From Dehalococcoidia bacterium (lineage in GTDB: Bacteria > Chloroflexota > Dehalococcoidia > Dehalococcoidales > Fen-1064), in contig DUEV01000006.1 in NCBI GenBank assembly GCA_011170375.1, positions 89,255 to 153,254 on the forward strand: a stretch of 64,000 bases of DNA, written 5' to 3'. Numbering within the stretch: position 1 is the first letter of the stretch; every line of letters starts with the position of its first letter. Position numbers and translations under genes: made by a program. Positions 19,143 through 27,119 of the stretch are shown in pieces. Under the pieces are notes generated by a model. That model was not told the origin of the DNA. It saw nothing but the letters and a program-made list of their open reading frames with translations, and ran no database searches.

Positions 19143-19775
19143 ATGGCTGAAGACCTAATTGGGACATTAGCTGACTTAGAAGAAAAAGAGGCTCTAGAAA
19201 TTGTAAATAGAAGGTTAAGTGCTGGTGAAGCCCCTCTCGGTATTCTGGACGATGGCAGGCGTGCCATGGAGATCGTGGGCAAACGTTTTGCAGATGGAGA
19301 GTATTTCATCCCGGATTTGATATACTCGGGTGAAATACTGAAGAGCATTAACGAAATAGTTAAGCCGAAGCTGGCTGAGGCTGGAGAGGTTAAGCACTTA
19401 GGTAAGGTCGTCATAGGCACGGTTGCCGGAGACATTCATGACATTGGCAAAGACATTGTCGTCTTTATGCTTGATGTTAGCGGTTTCGAGGTTTACGACC
19501 TTGGTGTGGATGTCCCGGCACAGAAGTTTATCGACACAATTAAAGAGAGTGGTGCCCCTATAGTTGGCTTAAGCGGTTTTCTGACACTGGCTTATGATTC
19601 GATGAAACAGACCATACAGGCCATGAAGGACGCCAACCTTAGAGACAAAGTCAGGGTAATGATTGGCGGCGGTCAGATTACAAAGGAGATAATGAAATAT
19701 ACCGGTGCTGATGCTTATGGTAGAGATGCCATGGCTGGAGTATCCCTTGCTAAGAAATGGACTGGTACCGAGTAA
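19143..19775 (+). CDS. Cobalamin-binding corrinoid protein (MtmC/MtbC/MtaC-like)
   Basis: 210 aa. N-terminal helical cap plus B12-binding DxHxxG motif (GDIHDIGKDIV) and SGFLT. Confidence 0.8.
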   Translation: MAEDLIGTLADLEEKEALEIVNRRLSAGEAPLGILDDGRRAMEIVGKRFADGEYFIPDLIYSGEILKSINEIVKPKLAEAGEVKHLGKVVIGTVAGDIHDIGKDIVVFMLDVSGFEVYDLGVDVPAQKFIDTIKESGAPIVGLSGFLTLAYDSMKQTIQAMKDANLRDKVRVMIGGGQITKEIMKYTGADAYGRDAMAGVSLAKKWTGTE

Positions 19776-19810
19776 GAATCCTCAGCAGATAATGTGCAGG
19801 AGGTAATAAT

Positions 19811-21148
19811 ATGGAAAAGCAATGGGAAGAGATGTCATCAGATGAAAAACAGGAGGCACGGTTTGCAAAGTGGCTTTCGCCGGAGGGAGTGGAATTTGTC
19901 AGCCCCGAAGCCGAGAAGTTATACAAAGAAAGGGCAACCAGGATAAAAGATGCAATCCAACTAAAGAAGTTACCGGACAGGGTGCCGGTCATGCTGATTC
20001 CCAGCTTCTTCCCCGCTTTTTACTCCGGACTAACTCCCCTTGACGTCATGTATGACTACGAAAAAGCCAACAATGCCTGGAAGAAATTCTACGTAGATTT
20101 TCAACCAGACGCACACTTTGGTTGTGTGGCTCCCGGCCCCGGAAGGTTCTTTGATATTCTTGACTACAAGTTATACAAGTATCCCGGTCATGGAGTAGCG
20201 CCGGAATCCACCTACCAGTGTATCGAGGGCGAATACATGATGGCGGATGAATATGATGCCTTTTTACAGGACCCATCGCATTTCTTCACCACCACTGTTC
20301 TACCGCGTATATTTGGCGCTCTGGAGCCCTTCAAGCAGCTCCCTAACCTCACCACAATAAATGAAATGTACGGGTCTGGTATTACCTTTTTCCAATACGG
20401 TCTTCCCGATGTACAGGCCGCTTTTAAGGCTCTTCTGGATGCCGGGAGTGAAGCCCTGAAATGGATGGGGTATTTTGGTGCCTTCATGAAAGAGTTACCA
20501 GAATTAGGATTCCCCGCAGGTCAGGGCGGCTATACAAAAGCACCTTATGACATTCTCGGCGATACCCTCAGAGGCACGAGAGGGATAATGACGGATATAT
20601 ACCGGCAGCCTGAGAAGCTCATTGAAGCCATGGATAAAATGACGCCATTCTGGATTCAGAAAGGGGTAATCGAGGCAAACATGAACGCAAATCCCTTAAT
20701 ATTCTTACCCCTACATAAAGGTGCTGATGGTTTCCTCTCCGATGAGCAGTACAAGAAGTTCTACTGGCCGTATCTTAGAAAGATTCTCCTAGGCCTGATT
20801 GATGAGGGAGTCGTACCATTCATGTGGGCTGAGGGAGGATCCAACTCGCGGCTGGAGGTTATCTGCGATTTGCCTAAAGGTAAGACAGCCTGGTTGTTTG
20901 ACGACGTTGACATGATTAGAGCTAAGGAGATACTGGGTGACGTTGCCTGCGTAGCCGGCAACATGCCTATGGACCTGTTGACTGTAGGTACACCAGAGCA
21001 GGTAAAAGAATACGCAAAGAAACTGATTGATAATTGCGGTAAGGGTGGTGGTTATATCATGGCTAACTGTGCGTTCTTTGATAATGTCAAGCCGGAAAAT
21101 GTCAGGGCCATGGTTGACTTTACTAAGGAGTACGGCATATATAAATAG
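19811..21148 (+). CDS. Uroporphyrinogen-decarboxylase (URO-D)-fold protein, probable corrinoid methyltransferase
   Basis: 445 aa, immediately downstream of the corrinoid protein. Assigned from general resemblance to URO-D-family methyltransferases, not from a strict motif. Confidence 0.55.
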   Translation: MEKQWEEMSSDEKQEARFAKWLSPEGVEFVSPEAEKLYKERATRIKDAIQLKKLPDRVPVMLIPSFFPAFYSGLTPLDVMYDYEKANNAWKKFYVDFQPDAHFGCVAPGPGRFFDILDYKLYKYPGHGVAPESTYQCIEGEYMMADEYDAFLQDPSHFFTTTVLPRIFGALEPFKQLPNLTTINEMYGSGITFFQYGLPDVQAAFKALLDAGSEALKWMGYFGAFMKELPELGFPAGQGGYTKAPYDILGDTLRGTRGIMTDIYRQPEKLIEAMDKMTPFWIQKGVIEANMNANPLIFLPLHKGADGFLSDEQYKKFYWPYLRKILLGLIDEGVVPFMWAEGGSNSRLEVICDLPKGKTAWLFDDVDMIRAKEILGDVACVAGNMPMDLLTVGTPEQVKEYAKKLIDNCGKGGGYIMANCAFFDNVKPENVRAMVDFTKEYGIYK

Positions 21149-21157
21149 ATATTCAAC

Positions 21158-21609
21158 ATGAGTGAATCTGCCGAGAACAAATAATTATAAGCAATTACCG
21201 TGGTTGCCATGGTGGTTGTGGTGTCCTGGTCCATGTCAGAGACGGGACAATTGTCAAGATTGAAGGCGACCCTGATTTCCCCACCAACCACGGCAGCATG
21301 TGTAGTAAGGGTCTAGCCTTTCACCAGCTGGTGTACCATCCGGACCGGGTTAAGTACCCTCTCAAGCGGGCCGGCAAAAAGGGTGAGGGCAAGTGACAGA
21401 GAATCTCCTGGGATGAGGCCCTTGATACTATTGTCAGTAAACTTAAGCAGGTAATAAAAGACTATGGCCCTGAGTGTATTACCCTAGGACAGAGCACCTC
21501 CAGAGAAGGTGAGTCCTTTTTCGCCAGATTTGGCAACCCGCTGGGCACGCCTAATATCTTTACTGCCGGACACTTCTGCTATTTGTCCCTCGGCTTCAGA
21601 CTTATGTAG
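21158..21609 (+). pseudogene. Remnant of a molybdopterin (MopB-family) oxidoreductase: frameshifted, internal TGA, 3'-truncated
   Basis: ATG 21158 (MSESAENK) hits a stop. The +2 frame from 21181 reads IISNYRGCHGGCGVLVHVRDGTIVKIEGDPDFPTNHGSMCSKG (N-terminal 4Fe-4S motif of MopB enzymes), then GEGK-TGA(21394-21396)-QRISWDEALD, and ends at TAG 21607-21609 after about 140 codons of an expected 700 or more. Confidence 0.75.
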
Positions 21610-21758
21610 GAAGAGAAGTGCGGGTTCCTGAAGTCATTCGTCAACGAGATAGTCGTTTCGTATAAGACGATTACGATACATTACAGACTACTAATGCCAT
21701 CGGATAACTCTGAAGAAGAAAGACTATCAGTTCCACCTTTTATAAGGATTATAAGGAA

Positions 21759-21789
21759 TGGTAGGCCGTGCAGGCCTCGAACCTGCCGC
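21759..21789 (-). other. Orphan tRNA 3' fragment (T-arm, acceptor 3' strand, encoded CCA)
   Basis: Minus strand reads GCGGCAGGTTCGAGGCCTGCACGGCCTACCA. No matching 5' acceptor, D arm or anticodon arm upstream. Lies between the purF stop and the MopB remnant. Confidence 0.6.
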
Positions 21790-21831
21790 ACTCTCAGTGT
21801 CAACCGGGGTTGTCACCTACGTAGCAATTCT

Positions 21832-23295
21832 CTACATCTCCAGTGCTAGTTTATCCATTTCTAGCTGTACTGGCATCGGATACTCACCAGTGAAACAGGC
21901 CATACAAAACAATTCGCGGGGCATATCCACTGCCTTGAGCAACCCCTCAACACTCAGATATCCGAGGGAATCAACTCCGATAAAGCTCCGGATTTCTTCA
22001 ACTCTATTACATGCCGCTATAAGCTCTTGGCGGGTAGCCATGTCCACTCCAAGGAAACAGGGATAGCGAATCGGTGGGGCGCAGACACGCATATGCACCT
22101 CTTTGACTCCAGCTTTCCTCAGCAGGTTAACGACCTTCGGGGTAGTGGTGCCACGAACAATAGTATCGTCAACCACCACTAGCCGCACACCCTCCAGCAT
22201 CCGAGGCAATGGGTTGAACTTCAAACGGACACCAAGGTCCCTTATACGCTGGTCAGGTTCAATAAAGGTACGGCCTACGTAGCGGTTCTTTAACAGGCCT
22301 TCGCAGAATGGAAGGCCGGTCGCACGAGAATATCCGATTCCGGCGGCTGTCGCCGAGTCTGGAACGCCCATCACCATATCAGCCTCGACCGGATGTTCCT
22401 CAGCCAACTGGGCACCCATGGCCTGCCTTACGGGATAAAGCAGCTTGCCGTTGATGATACTATCAGGCCGGGCAAAGTAGATATACTCAAAGATGCACAG
22501 GGCTCTTCTCTCTACCTGCTCTTGACAGCTAGCAAGTCCGCTCCCACTGATGCGAATAATCTCGCCCGGCTCAATTTCGCGAATGAAGTCTGCCCCGATA
22601 TGGTCAAGCGCACAGCTTTCTGAAGCAACAATCCAGCCCCCGTCTATCGTCCCTAGACAGACCGGTCGTATACCCCAGGGGTCACGAACAGCAAACAGGC
22701 TGTCTCTGGTAAGAAGACAGAGGGAAAAGGCCCCCTGCAACCGGTGCATAGCATAGCGAATCCTGCCCAACCAGTCTTTTTCCGAGGAGGAGATTATCAG
22801 GTTGGCGATAACTTCAGTATCTGTAGACGTACGGAAGGTATAGCCTGCCTGCACGAGTTCATCGTGCAGGTGTTCAGCATTAATAATATTGCCGTTATGG
22901 GCGATGGCAATAGCATTATTACCTTGGCCAACAATGAAAGGTTGCACGTTGGATACCCGGCTCGAACCGCGGGTAGAGTAACGATTATGGCCGATAGCAA
23001 TATGTCCGATGAGGCTGCTGAGGGTCTCTTCATCAAATACCTGCGAGACAAGTCCCATATCACCGGCAACCTGCATCCGCTTGCCGTTAGCAACAGCAAT
23101 GCCGGCACTTTCCTGACCACGATGCTGTAGGGCAAAGAGAGCGAAGTACGTGAGCCGAGCTACATCCTCGCCAGGACTGTAAATTCCGAAAACACCGCAA
23201 CTCTCGTGCAAGGTTACCCCTCTTAGCTCATCTCCTGCCGTTTTATTATACAACAACGGGCAAACAGTATCCATCACATTACTGGTCCAGTTCAA
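21832..23295 (-). CDS. purF: Amidophosphoribosyltransferase (glutamine-PRPP amidotransferase)
   Basis: CGVFGIY Ntn-cysteine after a short propeptide, HNGNIINA and VVVDDTIVRGTT PRTase motifs. The exact start is uncertain (TTG at 23295 or an internal ATG/GTG). Confidence 0.9.
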   Translation of the reverse strand: MNWTSNVMDTVCPLLYNKTAGDELRGVTLHESCGVFGIYSPGEDVARLTYFALFALQHRGQESAGIAVANGKRMQVAGDMGLVSQVFDEETLSSLIGHIAIGHNRYSTRGSSRVSNVQPFIVGQGNNAIAIAHNGNIINAEHLHDELVQAGYTFRTSTDTEVIANLIISSSEKDWLGRIRYAMHRLQGAFSLCLLTRDSLFAVRDPWGIRPVCLGTIDGGWIVASESCALDHIGADFIREIEPGEIIRISGSGLASCQEQVERRALCIFEYIYFARPDSIINGKLLYPVRQAMGAQLAEEHPVEADMVMGVPDSATAAGIGYSRATGLPFCEGLLKNRYVGRTFIEPDQRIRDLGVRLKFNPLPRMLEGVRLVVVDDTIVRGTTTPKVVNLLRKAGVKEVHMRVCAPPIRYPCFLGVDMATRQELIAACNRVEEIRSFIGVDSLGYLSVEGLLKAVDMPRELFCMACFTGEYPMPVQLEMDKLALEM

Positions 23296-23336
23296 TCATG
23301 GTTGATAATCTAATACAGATATTGCTAGAAGGGGTA

Positions 23337-23365
23337 TTGACAAATTAGAAAAGTTGTATTATTAT
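23337..23365 (+). promoter_or_regulatory. Strong sigma70-like promoter of the glutamate synthase operon
   Basis: TTGACA (23337-23342), 17-nt spacer, TATTAT (23360-23365). Followed by palindrome CGGCAA-tcgg-TTGCCG at 23374-23389. Confidence 0.6.
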
Positions 23366-23415
23366 ATGGCATACGGCAATCGGTTGCCGCATTCCGTCCC
23401 GCAGGAGTAACTCGA

Positions 23416-23901
23416 ATGGGTAGGGTCTACATCAAAAAAGAGGTGTGTATTGGCTGTCACCTGTGTGAGCTGTATTGTCAGCTACAACACTCTCGGTCAA
23501 CAGACCTGATTAAGGCTTTCAAAAGGGAGTCGATGCGCCCTTCACCCAGACTGAGGGTGGAGGAAAAGGAAGCGGTATCTTTCTCCGTTCGCTGCCAGCA
23601 TTGTGATGAAGCCCCATGTGTTTACGCCTGCCTCTCTGGCGCCCTCACACGCGATAGTAAAACAGGACTGGTTAAAGTAGATGAGGAGAGGTGCATCGGT
23701 TGCTGGACTTGTCTGTTGGTTTGCCCGATCGGTGCAATAAGTCGGGACACAGCAGAAAAGAAGGTGCTGAAATGCGACCTCTGTCAAGGAGAAGATGTTC
23801 CAGCCTGTGTTGCCAATTGCCCTAATGAGGCATTGATATATGTGGAGGTGCAAGATGAGAGTCATAGCACAGAAGGTAAGGTAATTGCCATGATTCAATG
23901 A
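23416..23901 (+). CDS. 4Fe-4S dicluster ferredoxin-like protein (CooF/HybA-like)
   Basis: 161 aa with CIGCHLCELYC, CQHCDEAPC, CIGCWTCLLVCP and CDLC..C..CP cysteine groups. Confidence 0.8.
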   Translation: MGRVYIKKEVCIGCHLCELYCQLQHSRSTDLIKAFKRESMRPSPRLRVEEKEAVSFSVRCQHCDEAPCVYACLSGALTRDSKTGLVKVDEERCIGCWTCLLVCPIGAISRDTAEKKVLKCDLCQGEDVPACVANCPNEALIYVEVQDESHSTEGKVIAMIQ

Positions 23902-23942
23902 GTATAGGGTCGATTGACTAAATCAAACAAAAGGAGGCTTAT

Positions 23943-24312
23943 CGTGTCATACGATTGGGGACCGCACTATATTATTCCTTCGTCAGTAATAACCACCTAT
24001 TCTGGTAATGTTCGGTTGCGAGAGGAATTTGATGACGACCTATTACGTCAGGAATTGAGTGAGCTGGGATTCTCAAGCCCCATCGCAAGGGTGAGTAATC
24101 CATGGTATTACAGGAAGAAAGACTCAACAACCTGGATCAAGATTGGTGAATCCGACGATATGCGCGAGAACTTTCCGGTTACCTGGGATACGCAGAAGCT
24201 TGAGAATGGGCAATACGAAGTAATGGGACTAATGCACGTCTATTTTAAAGCGAATGGCACGATAAAGGCCATTGCCCGGCAAAATGTGGTGGAGGTCACA
24301 GTCAAGAACTAG
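23943..24312 (+). CDS. Hypothetical protein inside the glutamate synthase operon
   Basis: I prefer the GTG at 23943, 6 nt after AAGGAGG, to the ORF-track start at 23914. No recognisable motif; predicted beta-rich. Confidence 0.4.
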
Positions 24313-24486
24313 ACCTAGAAAACACGACATCATTGTCATAGTTGGCTACAGTGCTGGCAACCATAGCAGTGTGGCGAAGGCTCTTGATAAGAGTAGTGAG
24401 CTCAGCCTTAGGTTCTACGACACCTCTAGCAACGTTACTTTAGGTGTAAGGCTTAGTAGTCCATAGGCGGATTGGGCAGGTAAATA

Positions 24487-25854
24487 ATGACAAAGGCAGA
24501 GAGAGTTAAATACCTGATTATCGGAAACTCCGCTGGAGGTATTGGGGCAGCGGAAGCTATCCGTGAGGTGGACAGGGCCGGGGCAATAGCCATCGTTTCC
24601 AGCGAGCCTTACCACGCCTACTCGCGTCCATTGATATCACAGTATCTAGTCGAAGGGCGCCCTCTGCAGAGAATGATGTTTCGACCGGCTGATTTCTACA
24701 AAGAGAAAAATATTCAGGCTATTCTGGGCCAGGAAGTAACGGGTCTTAATATAGACAAACATAACGTTAAGCTCGACGACGGTAGAAGCATAATCTGGGA
24801 GAAGCTGTTGCTGGCTACTGGTAGTTCACCCATTGTACCTAATATAGAAGGTATTGGTCTGAAAGGAGTCTTCACCTTCACCACGCGTGATGATGCCAGG
24901 GCAATCTATAAGTTCCTGAACCAATATCATACAGAGGTAAGGGCTGTGGTCATTGGCGGTGGTCTCATCGGGATAAGTGCTACTGAGGCACTGGTGAAGA
25001 GAGGGGTTAAAGTCACTATCGTCGAGATGAAGGAACGAATTTTGAACACCATCCTCGACGAAGAAGCATCATTTCTCGTGGAGGCATCTTTGAATGAGCT
25101 GGGGGTTGAAATCATCAACGGTCATATCGTGAGTAGGATTACTAGCTTCTTACCTGGTAGGGCTACTGGTATAGCCCTTGATAACGACCGACCGATACCC
25201 TGCGAGATGGTGATCGTAGCTGTCGGTGTGCAGCCACGCACCAAGATAGTTTCAGAAACCGGGATAAGGATAGACCGTGGTATATTAGTTGACCACCATA
25301 TGGCCACATCCAGCCCTGACGTCTATGCCTGCGGGGACGTAGCCGAGGCCTACGACTTTATCTACGACGAGAACCGGCTTACCCCAATCTGGCCTAATGC
25401 CTACATAGGGGGCAGAATCGCCGGCTTCAACATGGCTGGGCTGCCGACTGAATATCAGGGCGGAACATCAATGAATGCTATGAAATATTTTGGACTGGCT
25501 ATTGTTTCAGCGGGCATATTGACTCCACCTGATGACAGCTACGAGGTAATTAGTGAGAAACATGGTCATGTCTATAAAAAGGTTGTTCTTAAAAACGGAC
25601 TAATAGTGGGCGTGATTTTTAGCGGCGACATTGAGAAATCGGGCATTATATACAATCTCATGAAAAACAGAGTAAACGTCGATACCTTTAAGCAAGCTCT
25701 CATCGCTGACGATTTCGGCCTTATCTCTCTCCCTGAGGAAATCTGGCGACCACTGCTGGAACATACTTCGCCAGTAACACCTTCCCTGGCAACCTCAGAT
25801 AAGCAGCCTGAAAAGATGGCTATTGGAGATTTGGGATTGGTGTCTGGGAGGTAA
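24487..25854 (+). CDS. FAD/NAD(P)-dependent pyridine nucleotide-disulfide-type oxidoreductase (probable electron-input subunit)
   Basis: 455 aa. Two Rossmann dinucleotide motifs (YLIIGNSAGGIGAAEA; AVVIGGGLIGISA) and ACGDVA. Confidence 0.8.
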   Translation: MTKAERVKYLIIGNSAGGIGAAEAIREVDRAGAIAIVSSEPYHAYSRPLISQYLVEGRPLQRMMFRPADFYKEKNIQAILGQEVTGLNIDKHNVKLDDGRSIIWEKLLLATGSSPIVPNIEGIGLKGVFTFTTRDDARAIYKFLNQYHTEVRAVVIGGGLIGISATEALVKRGVKVTIVEMKERILNTILDEEASFLVEASLNELGVEIINGHIVSRITSFLPGRATGIALDNDRPIPCEMVIVAVGVQPRTKIVSETGIRIDRGILVDHHMATSSPDVYACGDVAEAYDFIYDENRLTPIWPNAYIGGRIAGFNMAGLPTEYQGGTSMNAMKYFGLAIVSAGILTPPDDSYEVISEKHGHVYKKVVLKNGLIVGVIFSGDIEKSGIIYNLMKNRVNVDTFKQALIADDFGLISLPEEIWRPLLEHTSPVTPSLATSDKQPEKMAIGDLGLVSGR

Positions 25855-25859
25855 CGATT

Positions 25860-26996
25860 ATGAAAGATATTAAACACGTGAACAACCCTTACAACGATGA
25901 TAAGGTCATTGATGCCTGCTCCATATTCGGGGCCATGGATGCCTCAGGCAAGAGGTTTTCTGGAGACGGTGTTATCAGGGCAATTGTCAACATGCATGAC
26001 CGTGGTAACGGGCTGGGTGGGGGATTCGCTATCTATGGTCTATATCCCGATTATGCTGACCTCTACGCCCTTCACGTAATGTACCTTAGCCCTGAGGGTA
26101 AGCAAGAGACAGAGGCTTTGCTAAAGGCAAACTTCAACATCATTGAAAAAGAAGAGGTGCCCACAAGGCAAACACCAATGATTGCCAATCCACCATTGGT
26201 GTGGCGCTACTTCCTTGAGGTGGATCACCGTAAGCCTGAACAAGAATCTGAGGATGACTACGTTGTGGACAGGGTGATGACCATAAATACCGGATTGCGC
26301 GATAGCTTCGTCTTCTCCAGTGGTAAGGATATGGCTGTGTTCAAGGGTGTTGGTTATCCTGAGGAGATAGCTGATTACTTCTGCCTGGAGCAATATGAGG
26401 GCTACCTTTGGACAGCACATGGCCGTTTCCCTACCAATACCCCGGGCTGGTGGGGCGGGGCCCACCCGTTTTGTATCCTAGACTGGACAGTTGTTCATAA
26501 TGGTGAAATTTCTTCATATGGAATAAACCAGCGTTACCTGGGGCAATTCGGTTATCACTGCACGATGCAGACTGATACTGAGGTGGTAGCATACGCTGTT
26601 GACCTGCTGATGCGCAAGCATAACCTGCCGATAGAGATAGTGGCCAAGATACTGGCACCACCTTTTTGGAGTGACATTGAGCGCATGTCGCCAGAAGAAC
26701 AGAAGCTCATGCTGACTCTGCGGCAGGTGTATGCCAGTCTACTCTTAAACGGTCCGTTCACAGTAATCATTGCTCATCATGGTGAGATGATCGGACTGAC
26801 CGACCGCATAAGGTTACGGCCACTCACGGTTGGAGAAAAGGGTAGCATGCTCTACCTTTCATCAGAAGAGTCGGCCATTCGTCTTATATGCCCTGAGCTG
26901 GATAAGACCTGGATTCCTGTGGGCGGTGAACCCGTCGTGGGTACGTTGCGGGCACCGACCCAGCCACAACCCGTGGCTGCCGGGGAGAAGGTATGA
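25860..26996 (+). CDS. Glutamate synthase glutamine-amidotransferase (class II) domain protein, archaeal-type split GltS
   Basis: 378 aa. CSIFGAMD Ntn-Cys after a leader, HGRFPTNT and VHNGEISSYG motifs. Confidence 0.8.
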   Translation: MKDIKHVNNPYNDDKVIDACSIFGAMDASGKRFSGDGVIRAIVNMHDRGNGLGGGFAIYGLYPDYADLYALHVMYLSPEGKQETEALLKANFNIIEKEEVPTRQTPMIANPPLVWRYFLEVDHRKPEQESEDDYVVDRVMTINTGLRDSFVFSSGKDMAVFKGVGYPEEIADYFCLEQYEGYLWTAHGRFPTNTPGWWGGAHPFCILDWTVVHNGEISSYGINQRYLGQFGYHCTMQTDTEVVAYAVDLLMRKHNLPIEIVAKILAPPFWSDIERMSPEEQKLMLTLRQVYASLLLNGPFTVIIAHHGEMIGLTDRIRLRPLTVGEKGSMLYLSSEESAIRLICPELDKTWIPVGGEPVVGTLRAPTQPQPVAAGEKV

Positions 26997-26997
26997 A

Positions 26998-27108
26998 ATG
27001 CTGACGAAAAGAGTTATTCCCTGCCTTGATGTGAGAAACGGTCGAGTTGTAAATAATGCTGGCGGAGAGGAAGAAGTGTTAAAACGGGGAATCTCAATAA
27101 GGGTCTAG
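26998..27108 (+). pseudogene. 36-codon ORF whose first 18 residues are a HisF N-terminus (gene relic or coupled leader ORF)
   Basis: MLTKRVIPCLDVRNGRVV versus the HisF consensus [20 protein letters not shown]. Resemblance stops after residue 18. The ATG is 1 nt after the upstream TGA. Confidence 0.55.
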
Positions 27109-27119
27109 GAGAAAAGGCA

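Noticed and set aside
21394-21396. In-frame TGA of the MopB remnant as a possible selenocysteine codon.
   Set aside because: The position aligns with a conserved aromatic residue near the N-terminus, not with the catalytic Sec/Cys of formate-dehydrogenase-type enzymes. The gene is also frameshifted and truncated, so pseudogene is the simpler reading.
21758-22066. 102-aa plus-strand ORF beginning MVGRAGLEPA.
   Set aside because: Its start is the reverse complement of the tRNA fragment (the classic GLEP artefact). The rest is antisense to purF.
26830-27108. 92-aa ORF-track entry overlapping the 3' end of the GltS amidotransferase gene.
   Set aside because: Its upstream two-thirds are an alternative frame of a well-supported gene. 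Only the final 36 codons from ATG 26998 (the HisF-like part) are considered meaningful.
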